The translations under genes were made by a program, and so were the position numbers. DNA of 64,000 nt from an uncultured bacterium (GTDB lineage Bacteria; Bacillota; Clostridia; Christensenellales; QALW01). Location: contig CAJMLN010000003.1 of the NCBI GenBank assembly GCA_905214315.1, positions 4,137 to 68,136 of the forward strand, written 5' to 3'. The notes under the pieces were generated by a model that was given only the letters and a program-made list of their open reading frames with translations, was not told where the DNA came from and did not search any database. Of the stretch, positions 41,021 to 48,735 are shown piece after piece (the first letter of the stretch is position 1; every line of letters starts with the position of its first letter).

Positions 41021-41651
41021 AGTGGCACCCAGTATTTTGGCGGCCGATTTTGCGGCTTTGGGAGAGGCGGTGGAACGGATTGACCGCTGCGGCGCGGATT
41101 TTATCCATTGCGACGTGATGGATGGGATGTTTGTCCCGAATATTTCCTTCGGCCCGAGTATGATCCGGGCGCTGCGCGGGCATACAAAAAAAGTGTTGGA
41201 TGTGCATCTGATGGTTGAAAAGCCCGAACGCTATATCGATGATTTTATTGCCGCCGGCGCAGATATGATTACCGTTCATTTTGAAGCTTCGCCGCATCCG
41301 CACCGGACGCTTTCATACATCCGTTCCCGGGGGGTTAAGGCGGGAATCGTCTATAATCCGGCAACTCCGCCGGATTCGTTGGAGTATTTGCTGGAGCAGA
41401 TGGATATGGTGCTGTTGATGACGGTAAATCCCGGTTTTGGAGGACAGTGCTTTTTGCCGGAGGTCTTGCCTAAGATTGAGCGGGTACGCAGGATGATCGG
41501 CGGCCGGGAGGTTTTGCTGGAGGTCGACGGCGGTATCACAATAGAAAATGCCGCTTTGGTAAAAAAAGCCGGTGCCGACGTTTTAGTGGCCGGCAGCAGC
41601 ATATTTTCTTCGGAAAATCCGCGTGCGGTGATGGAAGAATTAAAAAAATAA
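41013..41651 (+). CDS. rpe: ribulose-phosphate 3-epimerase
   Basis: IHCDVMDG, HLMV and VDGG motifs. Confidence 0.95.
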   Translation: MIKVAPSILAADFAALGEAVERIDRCGADFIHCDVMDGMFVPNISFGPSMIRALRGHTKKVLDVHLMVEKPERYIDDFIAAGADMITVHFEASPHPHRTLSYIRSRGVKAGIVYNPATPPDSLEYLLEQMDMVLLMTVNPGFGGQCFLPEVLPKIERVRRMIGGREVLLEVDGGITIENAALVKKAGADVLVAGSSIFSSENPRAVMEELKK

Positions 41652-41709
41652 ATTGGAACCAAATTTCCCCCGTTTGTATATTATGTAATGTGCAGAGGGG
41701 GGATTTTTA

Positions 41710-41859
41710 TTGAAGAAGATATTTTTTAAGTGCAACATTATAGGCCTGTTGTGTATGCTGCTGGGGGTTATTTTGATTCTTTTTAATCTGCCCCTTCATG
41801 TGTGGTTTATTTTGCTGGGCGCAGGTCTTATAGCAGCCGGAATATTTTTATGTAAATAG
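41710..41859 (+). CDS. candidate 49-aa two-TM small membrane protein (not in ORF track)
   Basis: TTG start. LKKIFFKCNIIGLLCMLLGVILILFNLPLHVWFILLGAGLIAAGIFLCK. The G-rich tract upstream could be an RBS or the rpe terminator stem. Confidence 0.35.
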   Translation: MKKIFFKCNIIGLLCMLLGVILILFNLPLHVWFILLGAGLIAAGIFLCK

Positions 41860-41870
41860 GGGGAAGATAT

Positions 41871-41975
41871 ATGAAAATTATTTGTATTACAGCACCCAAA
41901 TTCCTGAACAGTTTTATAAAAAAAATAAGCGGAAGGGGTGGTAAAAAAACGGTTGAAAAAAAGCTTGTTAAATGA
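41871..41975 (+). CDS. spoVM: stage V sporulation protein M-like small peptide (not in ORF track)
   Basis: 34 aa, MKIICITAPKFLNSFIKKISGRGGKK.., versus B. subtilis SpoVM MKFYTIKLPKFLGGIVRAMLGSFRKD as recalled. Shared MK, I, PKFL, I/V and G positions. RBS GGGGGAAG 5 nt upstream. Lies downstream of rpe, as in B. subtilis. Confidence 0.6.
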   Translation: MKIICITAPKFLNSFIKKISGRGGKKTVEKKLVK

Positions 41976-42011
41976 TATAATAAGTACAAGTTTATATGGG
42001 AGGTATTTGAA

Positions 42012-42392
42012 ATGTCTGAGAATAACGGCATGATCAGCAAGTCTGAGGTAGGCGGTAGCGTTTCGTATTCAGAGGATGTTATTGCTATCATTTCGGGATT
42101 GGCTGCTACTGAGATACACGGCGTTGCCGGCATGAGCGGCGGCATCAAAAGCGGTATTGTAGAGCTTTTGGGCAAAAAAGACCTTTCTAAGGGCATTAAG
42201 GCTACGATCGGAAATGACGAGGCCGTAATTGATATTAACCTTGTGGTATCTTATGGTACCATTATCAGCGATGTGGTGCTGGAAGTGCAGAAAAGTGTAA
42301 AGCGTGCAGTGGAAGGGATGACGGGCCTTAGAGTACCCGCTGTAAATGTGAATGTGATCGGCGTTCAGGTTGCCGCGGAAGAAAAAAAATAA
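42012..42392 (+). CDS. Asp23/Gls24-family envelope stress protein
   Basis: 126 aa. ..VIAIISGLAATEIHGVAGM.. is typical of Asp23. Confidence 0.88.
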   Translation: MSENNGMISKSEVGGSVSYSEDVIAIISGLAATEIHGVAGMSGGIKSGIVELLGKKDLSKGIKATIGNDEAVIDINLVVSYGTIISDVVLEVQKSVKRAVEGMTGLRVPAVNVNVIGVQVAAEEKK

Positions 42393-42407
42393 TGCAGAGG
42401 TAGAAAA

Positions 42408-42932
42408 ATGAAGGTTTGGGAGAGGGTGCTCCTTGTATTTCTGGCACTGGTGTTCATTGCGCTGCTTGGCTTTTTGGCGTTTTCTGTATGGGATCCGACG
42501 GCGTTGCTGGTGCTGCTGTACAGTTTGCAGTCCGTATATCTGAAAATTGCTTTTAGCGCGTTTCTGCTGGTGCTTGTGGTTTTAAGCTTTCGCATTATGT
42601 TTGCAGGACTCGGCAAAAATGCTAAAAACGTGACGATGGCCGCGTCTACCGAGGCAGGCGGAATTTACATAAATATCGATACCGTCAGCGATTTAGCCTC
42701 TAAGGCTGTGCGCAAGGTAGAGGGGATTCGGGAAATACGTATTAAGACCTCTATGCAGGAGGGCGGCGCTTATGTAGCGGTTAAAGTTTCCATGGCGCCG
42801 GAATCTGTTATTCCGGAAATATCGGCACAGGTTCAGCAAAGTGTAAAAGCAGATATTGAAGGGCTTTGCGGAATTCCTGTTAAAAAAGTAGTGGTGCAGG
42901 TGGATAATTCCCTGCAGAGCCAAAAAAATTAG
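42408..42932 (+). CDS. amaP: alkaline shock response membrane anchor protein (AmaP-like)
   Basis: Two N-terminal TM segments followed by an Asp23-like soluble domain. Immediately downstream of asp23. Confidence 0.7.
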   Translation: MKVWERVLLVFLALVFIALLGFLAFSVWDPTALLVLLYSLQSVYLKIAFSAFLLVLVVLSFRIMFAGLGKNAKNVTMAASTEAGGIYINIDTVSDLASKAVRKVEGIREIRIKTSMQEGGAYVAVKVSMAPESVIPEISAQVQQSVKADIEGLCGIPVKKVVVQVDNSLQSQKN

Positions 42933-43009
42933 GCAAGGCAGTTTGCCGGGCATTTAGGGCGGGGAGAACTCGCTCTTTTGTTAGTATAAGGAAAAACACG
43001 GAGGATGTC

Positions 43010-43420
43010 ATGGCACGAATAAAGGCCAGAGAAATGGCGTTTCAATTGCTCTTTGAAGATACGTTCGGAACAAATACCGCAATAGAGATGCTGGGCGGTC
43101 TTTTTGAGGAAGACCGGGATTGGCGGAACATGAACGAAGCGGATATAGAGTATATCTGTTGGCTGCGGAGCACTGCTAAAGAACATGCGGACGAGCTGAA
43201 TCAGATTATTTCCCGTTTTGCTAAGGGCTGGTCCCTTGAAAGAATGAACCGTATTGATACTGCGATTCTTCGGCTTGCGCTTTGTGAAATCAGATACCGG
43301 GAGGATGTGACAGCTGCAACGGCAATCAATGAAGCAGTGGAGCTTGCCAAGCGATATTCTACTGAAGAAGGACCGTCATTTATTAACGGTATATTGGGGG
43401 CCTATGTGAGAAGCTTATGA
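43010..43420 (+). CDS. nusB: transcription antitermination factor NusB
   Basis: 136 aa. ARE.A.Q.LF.. N-terminus and ..INEAVELAK.Y....G..F.NG.L C-terminus. Confidence 0.93.
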   Translation: MARIKAREMAFQLLFEDTFGTNTAIEMLGGLFEEDRDWRNMNEADIEYICWLRSTAKEHADELNQIISRFAKGWSLERMNRIDTAILRLALCEIRYREDVTAATAINEAVELAKRYSTEEGPSFINGILGAYVRSL

Positions 43421-44370
43421 TTTTTTTGGGAATCGATACCAGCTGTTATACGACCTCTATTGCAGCAGTGGATGAGAATGGAAATTTGATCGCTCAGGAA
43501 CGTAAGCTCCTTTCAGTTGCTGAGGGAGAACGGGGGCTTCGCCAAAGCGAGGCTTTTTTTAAGCATATCAATAATTTTCCGGAGTTATATCAAAAACTGC
43601 TGGAAAAGGTTCATGTAACAGAAATTCAGGCCGTTTGCGTCAGCACGCAGCCCCGGGGCATGGGGAATTCCTATATGCCGGTGTTTTTTGCGGGGCGGCG
43701 TATGGCGGAAAGTATTGCTATGAGCTTGAATGTGCCGTTGTTTGCTACCGATCATCAGCAGGGACATGTGCAGGCGGCGCTTTATCAAAGCGAGCTTACT
43801 GCCGGTCAGTTTTGTGCGGTACATCTTTCCGGCGGTACCACAGAGGTGCTTTTGGTAAAGGAAGAGCCTACGGATTATAAGATAAAAATATTGGCTGCTT
43901 CAAAAGATATCAATGCTGGACAACTGATCGATCGGTTGGGGGTAGCAATGAATATGCCGTTTCCTGCGGGAAAATTTGTGGACGAGCGTGCAATGAATTA
44001 CAGCGGAGGAAGAATTGTTTTGCCGATTCATGCATCTATGGTTGATTGTAGCTTTTCTGGTACGGAGGCAGCGGCCCTCCGGGAACTGAATGCCGGTGCA
44101 GAGCCGGATGCAGTTTGTGAGGCGGTTTTGTCTGCTGTGGCTCGTACGATGGCAAAAATGATGGGCGGAGCCGCTTACTATGCCGGTATTGAGGATATCT
44201 TGATGGCGGGGGGCGTGTCTTCAAGTGCTTATTTGAGAAAGATGCTGCCGATTTTGTTGGAAAAACGTGGAATGCATTTTCGTCTGCATTTTTCACCGCC
44301 GGAATTCAGTGCCGATAATGCCGTAGGTGCAGCGCTTTTATGTAGGAAAAAATATAAAAATAGGGGGTAG
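43417..44370 (+). CDS. Kae1/TsaD-like ASKHA-fold protein (peptidase M22 family paralogue)
   Basis: N-terminus FLGIDTSCYTTSIA, metal-binding-like HQQGH (HxxxH), GGVSSS near the C-terminus. Shorter than and divergent from canonical TsaD. Confidence 0.6.
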   Translation: MIFLGIDTSCYTTSIAAVDENGNLIAQERKLLSVAEGERGLRQSEAFFKHINNFPELYQKLLEKVHVTEIQAVCVSTQPRGMGNSYMPVFFAGRRMAESIAMSLNVPLFATDHQQGHVQAALYQSELTAGQFCAVHLSGGTTEVLLVKEEPTDYKIKILAASKDINAGQLIDRLGVAMNMPFPAGKFVDERAMNYSGGRIVLPIHASMVDCSFSGTEAAALRELNAGAEPDAVCEAVLSAVARTMAKMMGGAAYYAGIEDILMAGGVSSSAYLRKMLPILLEKRGMHFRLHFSPPEFSADNAVGAALLCRKKYKNRG

Positions 44371-44375
44371 GTCTT

Positions 44376-45203
44376 ATGATATTGGATGGAAAGGCTCTGG
44401 CAGCTGGAATTAAAAATGAACTGAGGGAGAAGATCGCGGCATCAGGGAAAAAAGTTGCGCTTGCAGTTGTTTTGGTCGGAGAGGATCCGGCCAGCTGTAT
44501 TTATGTAAAGAATAAGACTAATGACTGCCGGGAAATCGGCGTGGAGTCCCTGGAGTATCGCTTAAAGGAGGATACGCAGCAGGAGGAGCTGATGGCACTG
44601 ATTCATACGCTGAATCGGGATGAAAATGTACATGGCATTTTGGTGCAGTTCCCTCTGCCCAAGCACCTGGATCAGGAGGCCGTTGTAAAGGCAATTCTGC
44701 CGGAAAAGGATGTAGACGGTTTTTCCAAGATTAATATCGGCGGTGTATTAATGGGAGATGGTGAGAGCTTTGTTTCCTGTACGCCCGCCGGTGCAATGGA
44801 GTTGATTAAAGCCAGCGGTATGGAAATTTGCGGCAAGCGGGCCGTTGTAATCGGTCGCAGCAATAATGTGGGCAAGCCTATGGCGCTTTTGCTGCTGAAC
44901 GAGGGGGCAACGGTGACAATATGCCACTCAAAAACACAGAATTTAGCGGAAATTACAAGGGAAGCAGATATCCTGGTAAGCGCTGTAGGGCGCGCACATA
45001 TGGTAAAAGCGGATATGGTGAAGGAAGGCGCGGTGGTGATTGATATCGGTATCAGCCGTATTGACGGCCGTCAGGTAGGCGATGTGGACTTTGAGGCGGT
45101 TAAGGATAAGGCCTATGCCATTACGCCGAATCCCGGAGGAACCGGCCCCATGACGCGGGCTATGCTGATGTATAACACCGTGAAAGCGGCGGGGATTTTA
45201 TGA
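44376..45203 (+). CDS. folD: bifunctional methylenetetrahydrofolate dehydrogenase/methenyl-THF cyclohydrolase
   Basis: VQFPLP, VIGRSNNVGKP and PGGTGPMT motifs. Confidence 0.95.
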   Translation: MILDGKALAAGIKNELREKIAASGKKVALAVVLVGEDPASCIYVKNKTNDCREIGVESLEYRLKEDTQQEELMALIHTLNRDENVHGILVQFPLPKHLDQEAVVKAILPEKDVDGFSKINIGGVLMGDGESFVSCTPAGAMELIKASGMEICGKRAVVIGRSNNVGKPMALLLLNEGATVTICHSKTQNLAEITREADILVSAVGRAHMVKADMVKEGAVVIDIGISRIDGRQVGDVDFEAVKDKAYAITPNPGGTGPMTRAMLMYNTVKAAGIL

Positions 45204-46387
45204 GTGTGACCGTATCCCAGCTGAACGCTTACGTAAAACAGAGTTTTTTGATGGACGCTGTTTTAAATGATATTGTGGTTGAGGGAGAAATTTCAGGGCT
45301 GAAAAAGCATTCCTCAGGACATATTTATTTTTCCCTGAAAGATGAAAGCGCAGCAATACGGTGCGCTTTTTTTAAATCAGATGCCCAGAAGCTCAGGTTT
45401 CAGCCGGAAGAAGGAATGAAAGTGCTGGCCAGAGGGCGCGTTACGCTCTATGAGCGGGACGGACAGTATCAGCTGGTTGTTTCTGCCATGGAGCCCAACG
45501 GAATCGGTCAGCTCTACAAGCAGTTTGAACAGCTGAAGAAAAAGCTGGAGGAGGAGGGGCTTTTCGCCCCTGAACGGAAAAAAGCCCTTCCGGCCTTTGT
45601 AAAAAAAATCGGCGTGGCAACGTCTCCTACCGGCGCGGTTATTCGGGATATTCTCAATGTGGCAACCCGGAGGTGTCCCGGCATCAGCGTTGTTCTGGCG
45701 CCGGTAACGGTTCAGGGGGAGGATGCACCGCGCTCAATTTGTGCAGGTTTACGGGCATTGGAGGATATCCCGGAGGTGGATGTGATCATTCTTGCGCGCG
45801 GGGGCGGCTCTATAGAGGACCTGTGGTGCTTTAACAGCGAGGAGGTTGCGCGTACGGTTTTTGCCTGCAAAAAGCCGGTGATATCCGCGGTGGGGCATGA
45901 AACCGATTTTACAATCGCTGATTTTGTTGCCGACAAACGGGCACCTACCCCTTCAGCCGCGGCGGAACTTGCGGTATTTGATTTTTATGATGCTCTGGAG
46001 GATGTGGATCGCCTTGAACGGTACATAAATGAAAATATTTCCGGCAGGATAAACGGCTTTTGTGCCGCGCTGCATAGGACCGCAGGAAGCTTTGAGGATC
46101 CGCAGATGCTGCTGGAGAATTTTGTTCAGCGTTTGGACGGTCTGCAGCGGCGGCTGCTGGGCAGTGAAGAAATGCAGCTGCAGCGGGAGCAGGACCGGCT
46201 TGCGCTGCTTGCGGGCAGACTGCATGCCTTGAGTCCCCTGGCGGTGCTCTCGCGCGGATATTCTGTGGTTACTGATACCAAAGGGGTGGCGCTAAAGAGT
46301 GCAAAAAATGTACGCGTAGGAGACGCTGTTTTTATAAAATTGAGCCAAGGCTGTTTAACGGCTGAGGTTACGGAGGTGGAACCATGA
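45200..46387 (+). CDS. xseA: exodeoxyribonuclease VII large subunit
   Basis: N-terminal OB fold (VVEGEISG..HSSGHIYFSLKD) and catalytic region ARGGGSIEDLW. Confidence 0.93.
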   Translation: MSVTVSQLNAYVKQSFLMDAVLNDIVVEGEISGLKKHSSGHIYFSLKDESAAIRCAFFKSDAQKLRFQPEEGMKVLARGRVTLYERDGQYQLVVSAMEPNGIGQLYKQFEQLKKKLEEEGLFAPERKKALPAFVKKIGVATSPTGAVIRDILNVATRRCPGISVVLAPVTVQGEDAPRSICAGLRALEDIPEVDVIILARGGGSIEDLWCFNSEEVARTVFACKKPVISAVGHETDFTIADFVADKRAPTPSAAAELAVFDFYDALEDVDRLERYINENISGRINGFCAALHRTAGSFEDPQMLLENFVQRLDGLQRRLLGSEEMQLQREQDRLALLAGRLHALSPLAVLSRGYSVVTDTKGVALKSAKNVRVGDAVFIKLSQGCLTAEVTEVEP

Positions 46388-46623
46388 AAGAGATCGGAGA
46401 AATGACGCTGGAAGAAGCTATGAAAAAGCTGGAGGATACGGCGGAAAAGCTGGAGGATTCCAAGCTTTCGCTGGAAAAGTCGATTGACGCTTTTGAACAG
46501 GGGGTAAAATTGATAGCACACTGCCGGGAGCTTCTTGAGGGATATCAGAAAAGGATCACCGTATTGAAAAAAGAAGGAACAGTGCTGAAAGAAATACCGA
46601 TGGAGGAAACGCTGCATGATTAA
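46384..46623 (+). CDS. xseB: exodeoxyribonuclease VII small subunit
   Basis: 79 aa. LEEAMKKLE...KLE...LSLE.S...FE.G motif. Translationally coupled to xseA. Confidence 0.9.
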   Translation: MKEIGEMTLEEAMKKLEDTAEKLEDSKLSLEKSIDAFEQGVKLIAHCRELLEGYQKRITVLKKEGTVLKEIPMEETLHD

Positions 46624-47491
46624 AGCGGAACAGCAAACAGCGGCGTATAGCCATGTGGCGGAAGAGGAGATGAAACGGCTGCTCTCTGCCCAGGGAATTC
46701 CTGCCCAGCTGCAGGAGACAATGGCCTACAGCGTGTTAGCCGGGGGAAAACGGCTGCGGCCGGCACTGCTGCTGGGTGCCTGTGAAATGTGCGGCGGTAC
46801 GATAGAACGGGCACTGCCGTTTGCCTGCGCGATGGAGTTTATCCATACTTATTCTTTGATTCATGATGATCTTCCGGCAATGGACAATGACGATTACCGC
46901 CGCGGCAGACTTACATCGCATAAAAAATACGGTGAGGCCAAGGCGATTCTTGCCGGAGACGGACTTTTGAGCTATGCCTTTGAAATTTTATTGAATGCCT
47001 GCTGCGATCAGAATTCTGTGCAGGCGGCAAGAATCATAGCTTCTGCCGCGGGCGTAAGAGGAATGCTGGCCGGTCAATGGGTGGATGTGGATTTAAACGG
47101 CAATGTTTTTGATGCGTCTACGATGGAATATATTCATTTGAACAAGACGGCGGCGATGATCATAGGTGCGCTGCGCGCGGGGGCGTTTTGCGCCGGCGCA
47201 CAGAAAGAGGAAATTGAAAGCCTAAGCTGTTATGGACGGGAGATCGGCTATACATTTCAGATTATCGATGACATACTGGATGTGGAAGGCAGCTTTGCAG
47301 AGCTGGGAAAAGATACCGGTAGTGATGCAGCTAATCAAAAAACGACTTATGTAACGCTTTACGGAATTGACGGCGCACGAAAAAAAGCGAAAGAGCATAC
47401 ACAGCTTGCTGTGGCGGCCCTGCAGCATTTTGGAGGTCGTGCCGAATTTTTTATAGAACTGGCGGAATATCTGCTGAATAGAAATAAGTAA
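46616..47491 (+). CDS. ispA: (2E,6E)-farnesyl diphosphate synthase
   Basis: First Asp-rich motif LIHDDLPAMDNDDYRRG and second motif QIIDDILD. Confidence 0.92.
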   Translation: MIKAEQQTAAYSHVAEEEMKRLLSAQGIPAQLQETMAYSVLAGGKRLRPALLLGACEMCGGTIERALPFACAMEFIHTYSLIHDDLPAMDNDDYRRGRLTSHKKYGEAKAILAGDGLLSYAFEILLNACCDQNSVQAARIIASAAGVRGMLAGQWVDVDLNGNVFDASTMEYIHLNKTAAMIIGALRAGAFCAGAQKEEIESLSCYGREIGYTFQIIDDILDVEGSFAELGKDTGSDAANQKTTYVTLYGIDGARKKAKEHTQLAVAALQHFGGRAEFFIELAEYLLNRNK

Positions 47492-47651
47492 AATACCACT
47501 TTGCTTCTATGTTTTTAAAAAATATAGAAAAAAGCAGGAAAATAGAAAAAATCTTCAAAAATACAGGTACTTTTGACAAATATCTGTATATTTCGCTGTG
47601 GAGAAATATGTATTTTAATGGTAAAATTGGATAAAAAAGGAGAAAAATAAA

Positions 47652-47813
47652 ATGGATAATGAAAATTTTACCGAATTGTGGAATCACTATACCTATGTTT
47701 ACAATGCTTTAGCGGAATATTTTGAAGATAACTGTCTTTCGGCACAGAAGCTGCTGGAACTGGATCGGGTGGTGGGAAAATTATTTATTATTTGCAATAG
47801 GTATATGAAATAG
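47652..47813 (+). CDS. candidate 53-aa small protein (possibly Spo0E-like; not in ORF track)
   Basis: RBS AAGGAG 8 nt upstream. MDNENFTELWNHYTYVYNALAEYFEDNCLSAQKLLELDRVVGKLFIICNRYMK. The ..S.Q.LLELD..V.. segment loosely recalls the Spo0E-family SQELDxLI motif. Confidence 0.35.
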   Translation: MDNENFTELWNHYTYVYNALAEYFEDNCLSAQKLLELDRVVGKLFIICNRYMK

Positions 47814-47861
47814 CGGCTTCGGGCAAAAATATAGTGTATATTTATATTTTTGGTGAAATAG

Positions 47862-48203
47862 ATGAATAGAATACTATTACATGCTGCCGCGTTGGCCGCT
47901 GGTCTTACTAATGGCCTGTTGGGAACCGGAGGCGGAATTATTGCACTCCCTTTGTTGTATTCAGCTTTAAAGGATGAAAAAGAAGCGCATGCATCTGTGG
48001 TGCTTTTTATTTTGCCGCTTTCCCTTTTAAGCGCGGTAATTTATAGGAAAGATATTGAACCGAATTTGTTGCTGCCATTGTGCGCCGGTGCAGCTTTGGG
48101 CGGCGCGGCGGGGGCGTTTTTATTGAAAAAAGCACCGGTAGGTATCATTAAAATTATTTTTGGTCTTATTGTACTTTATACGGGAATCAGGTCATTGCTA
48201 TGA
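47862..48203 (+). CDS. half-size TSUP (TauE/SafE, DUF81) membrane protein, 4 TM
   Basis: 113 aa. GLLGTGGGIIALPLL motif. The stop overlaps the next gene's start (ATGA). Confidence 0.75.
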   Translation: MNRILLHAAALAAGLTNGLLGTGGGIIALPLLYSALKDEKEAHASVVLFILPLSLLSAVIYRKDIEPNLLLPLCAGAALGGAAGAFLLKKAPVGIIKIIFGLIVLYTGIRSLL

Positions 48204-48604
48204 TTGCATTTTTGATAGGATTGTTTTCTTTTTTGCTGGCGGGGCTGGGATTGGGCGGCGGCGCACTTTTGATTCCGTGCCTTACTGCGTTCTTTCATAT
48301 GGCGCAGAGCGATGCGCAGTATGTGGGACTGATTGCCTACCTTCCCGCGGCCTTGGGGGCTATGATATATGGATTGAAAAATAAGATGATCCGGGCTAAG
48401 GAAACGGTCTCACTTGTGCCTGCGGGATTGCTGGGCGCGGCAGCAGGTGCTTTGTTTAGCAGGAATGCTGATAATGCTTTTTTGAAAAAAATATACGGAA
48501 TCTTTTTAATTTTTTTTGGAATATATATGATTTTTTCAGCCGTTAGAAGCAAAAAAAAAGAGCCATTGCTCAGAAAAGCAAATAAAAAACAAAATAATAT
48601 ATAA
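48200..48604 (+). CDS. half-size TSUP (TauE/SafE, DUF81) membrane protein, 4 TM
   Basis: 134 aa. GLGLGGGALLIPCL motif and a Lys-rich tail. Confidence 0.75.
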   Translation: MIAFLIGLFSFLLAGLGLGGGALLIPCLTAFFHMAQSDAQYVGLIAYLPAALGAMIYGLKNKMIRAKETVSLVPAGLLGAAAGALFSRNADNAFLKKIYGIFLIFFGIYMIFSAVRSKKKEPLLRKANKKQNNI

Positions 48605-48735
48605 AATTTTCTGTAAATTTTATCAAAAAAACAGAATTGCCTCTGGATTTTTGGCCGCAGATATTATATAATACTATAAATCTATGTTTAATTAAATTAG
48701 TTTATATTATATTTTTACTTTCGGAGGAGATTTTT

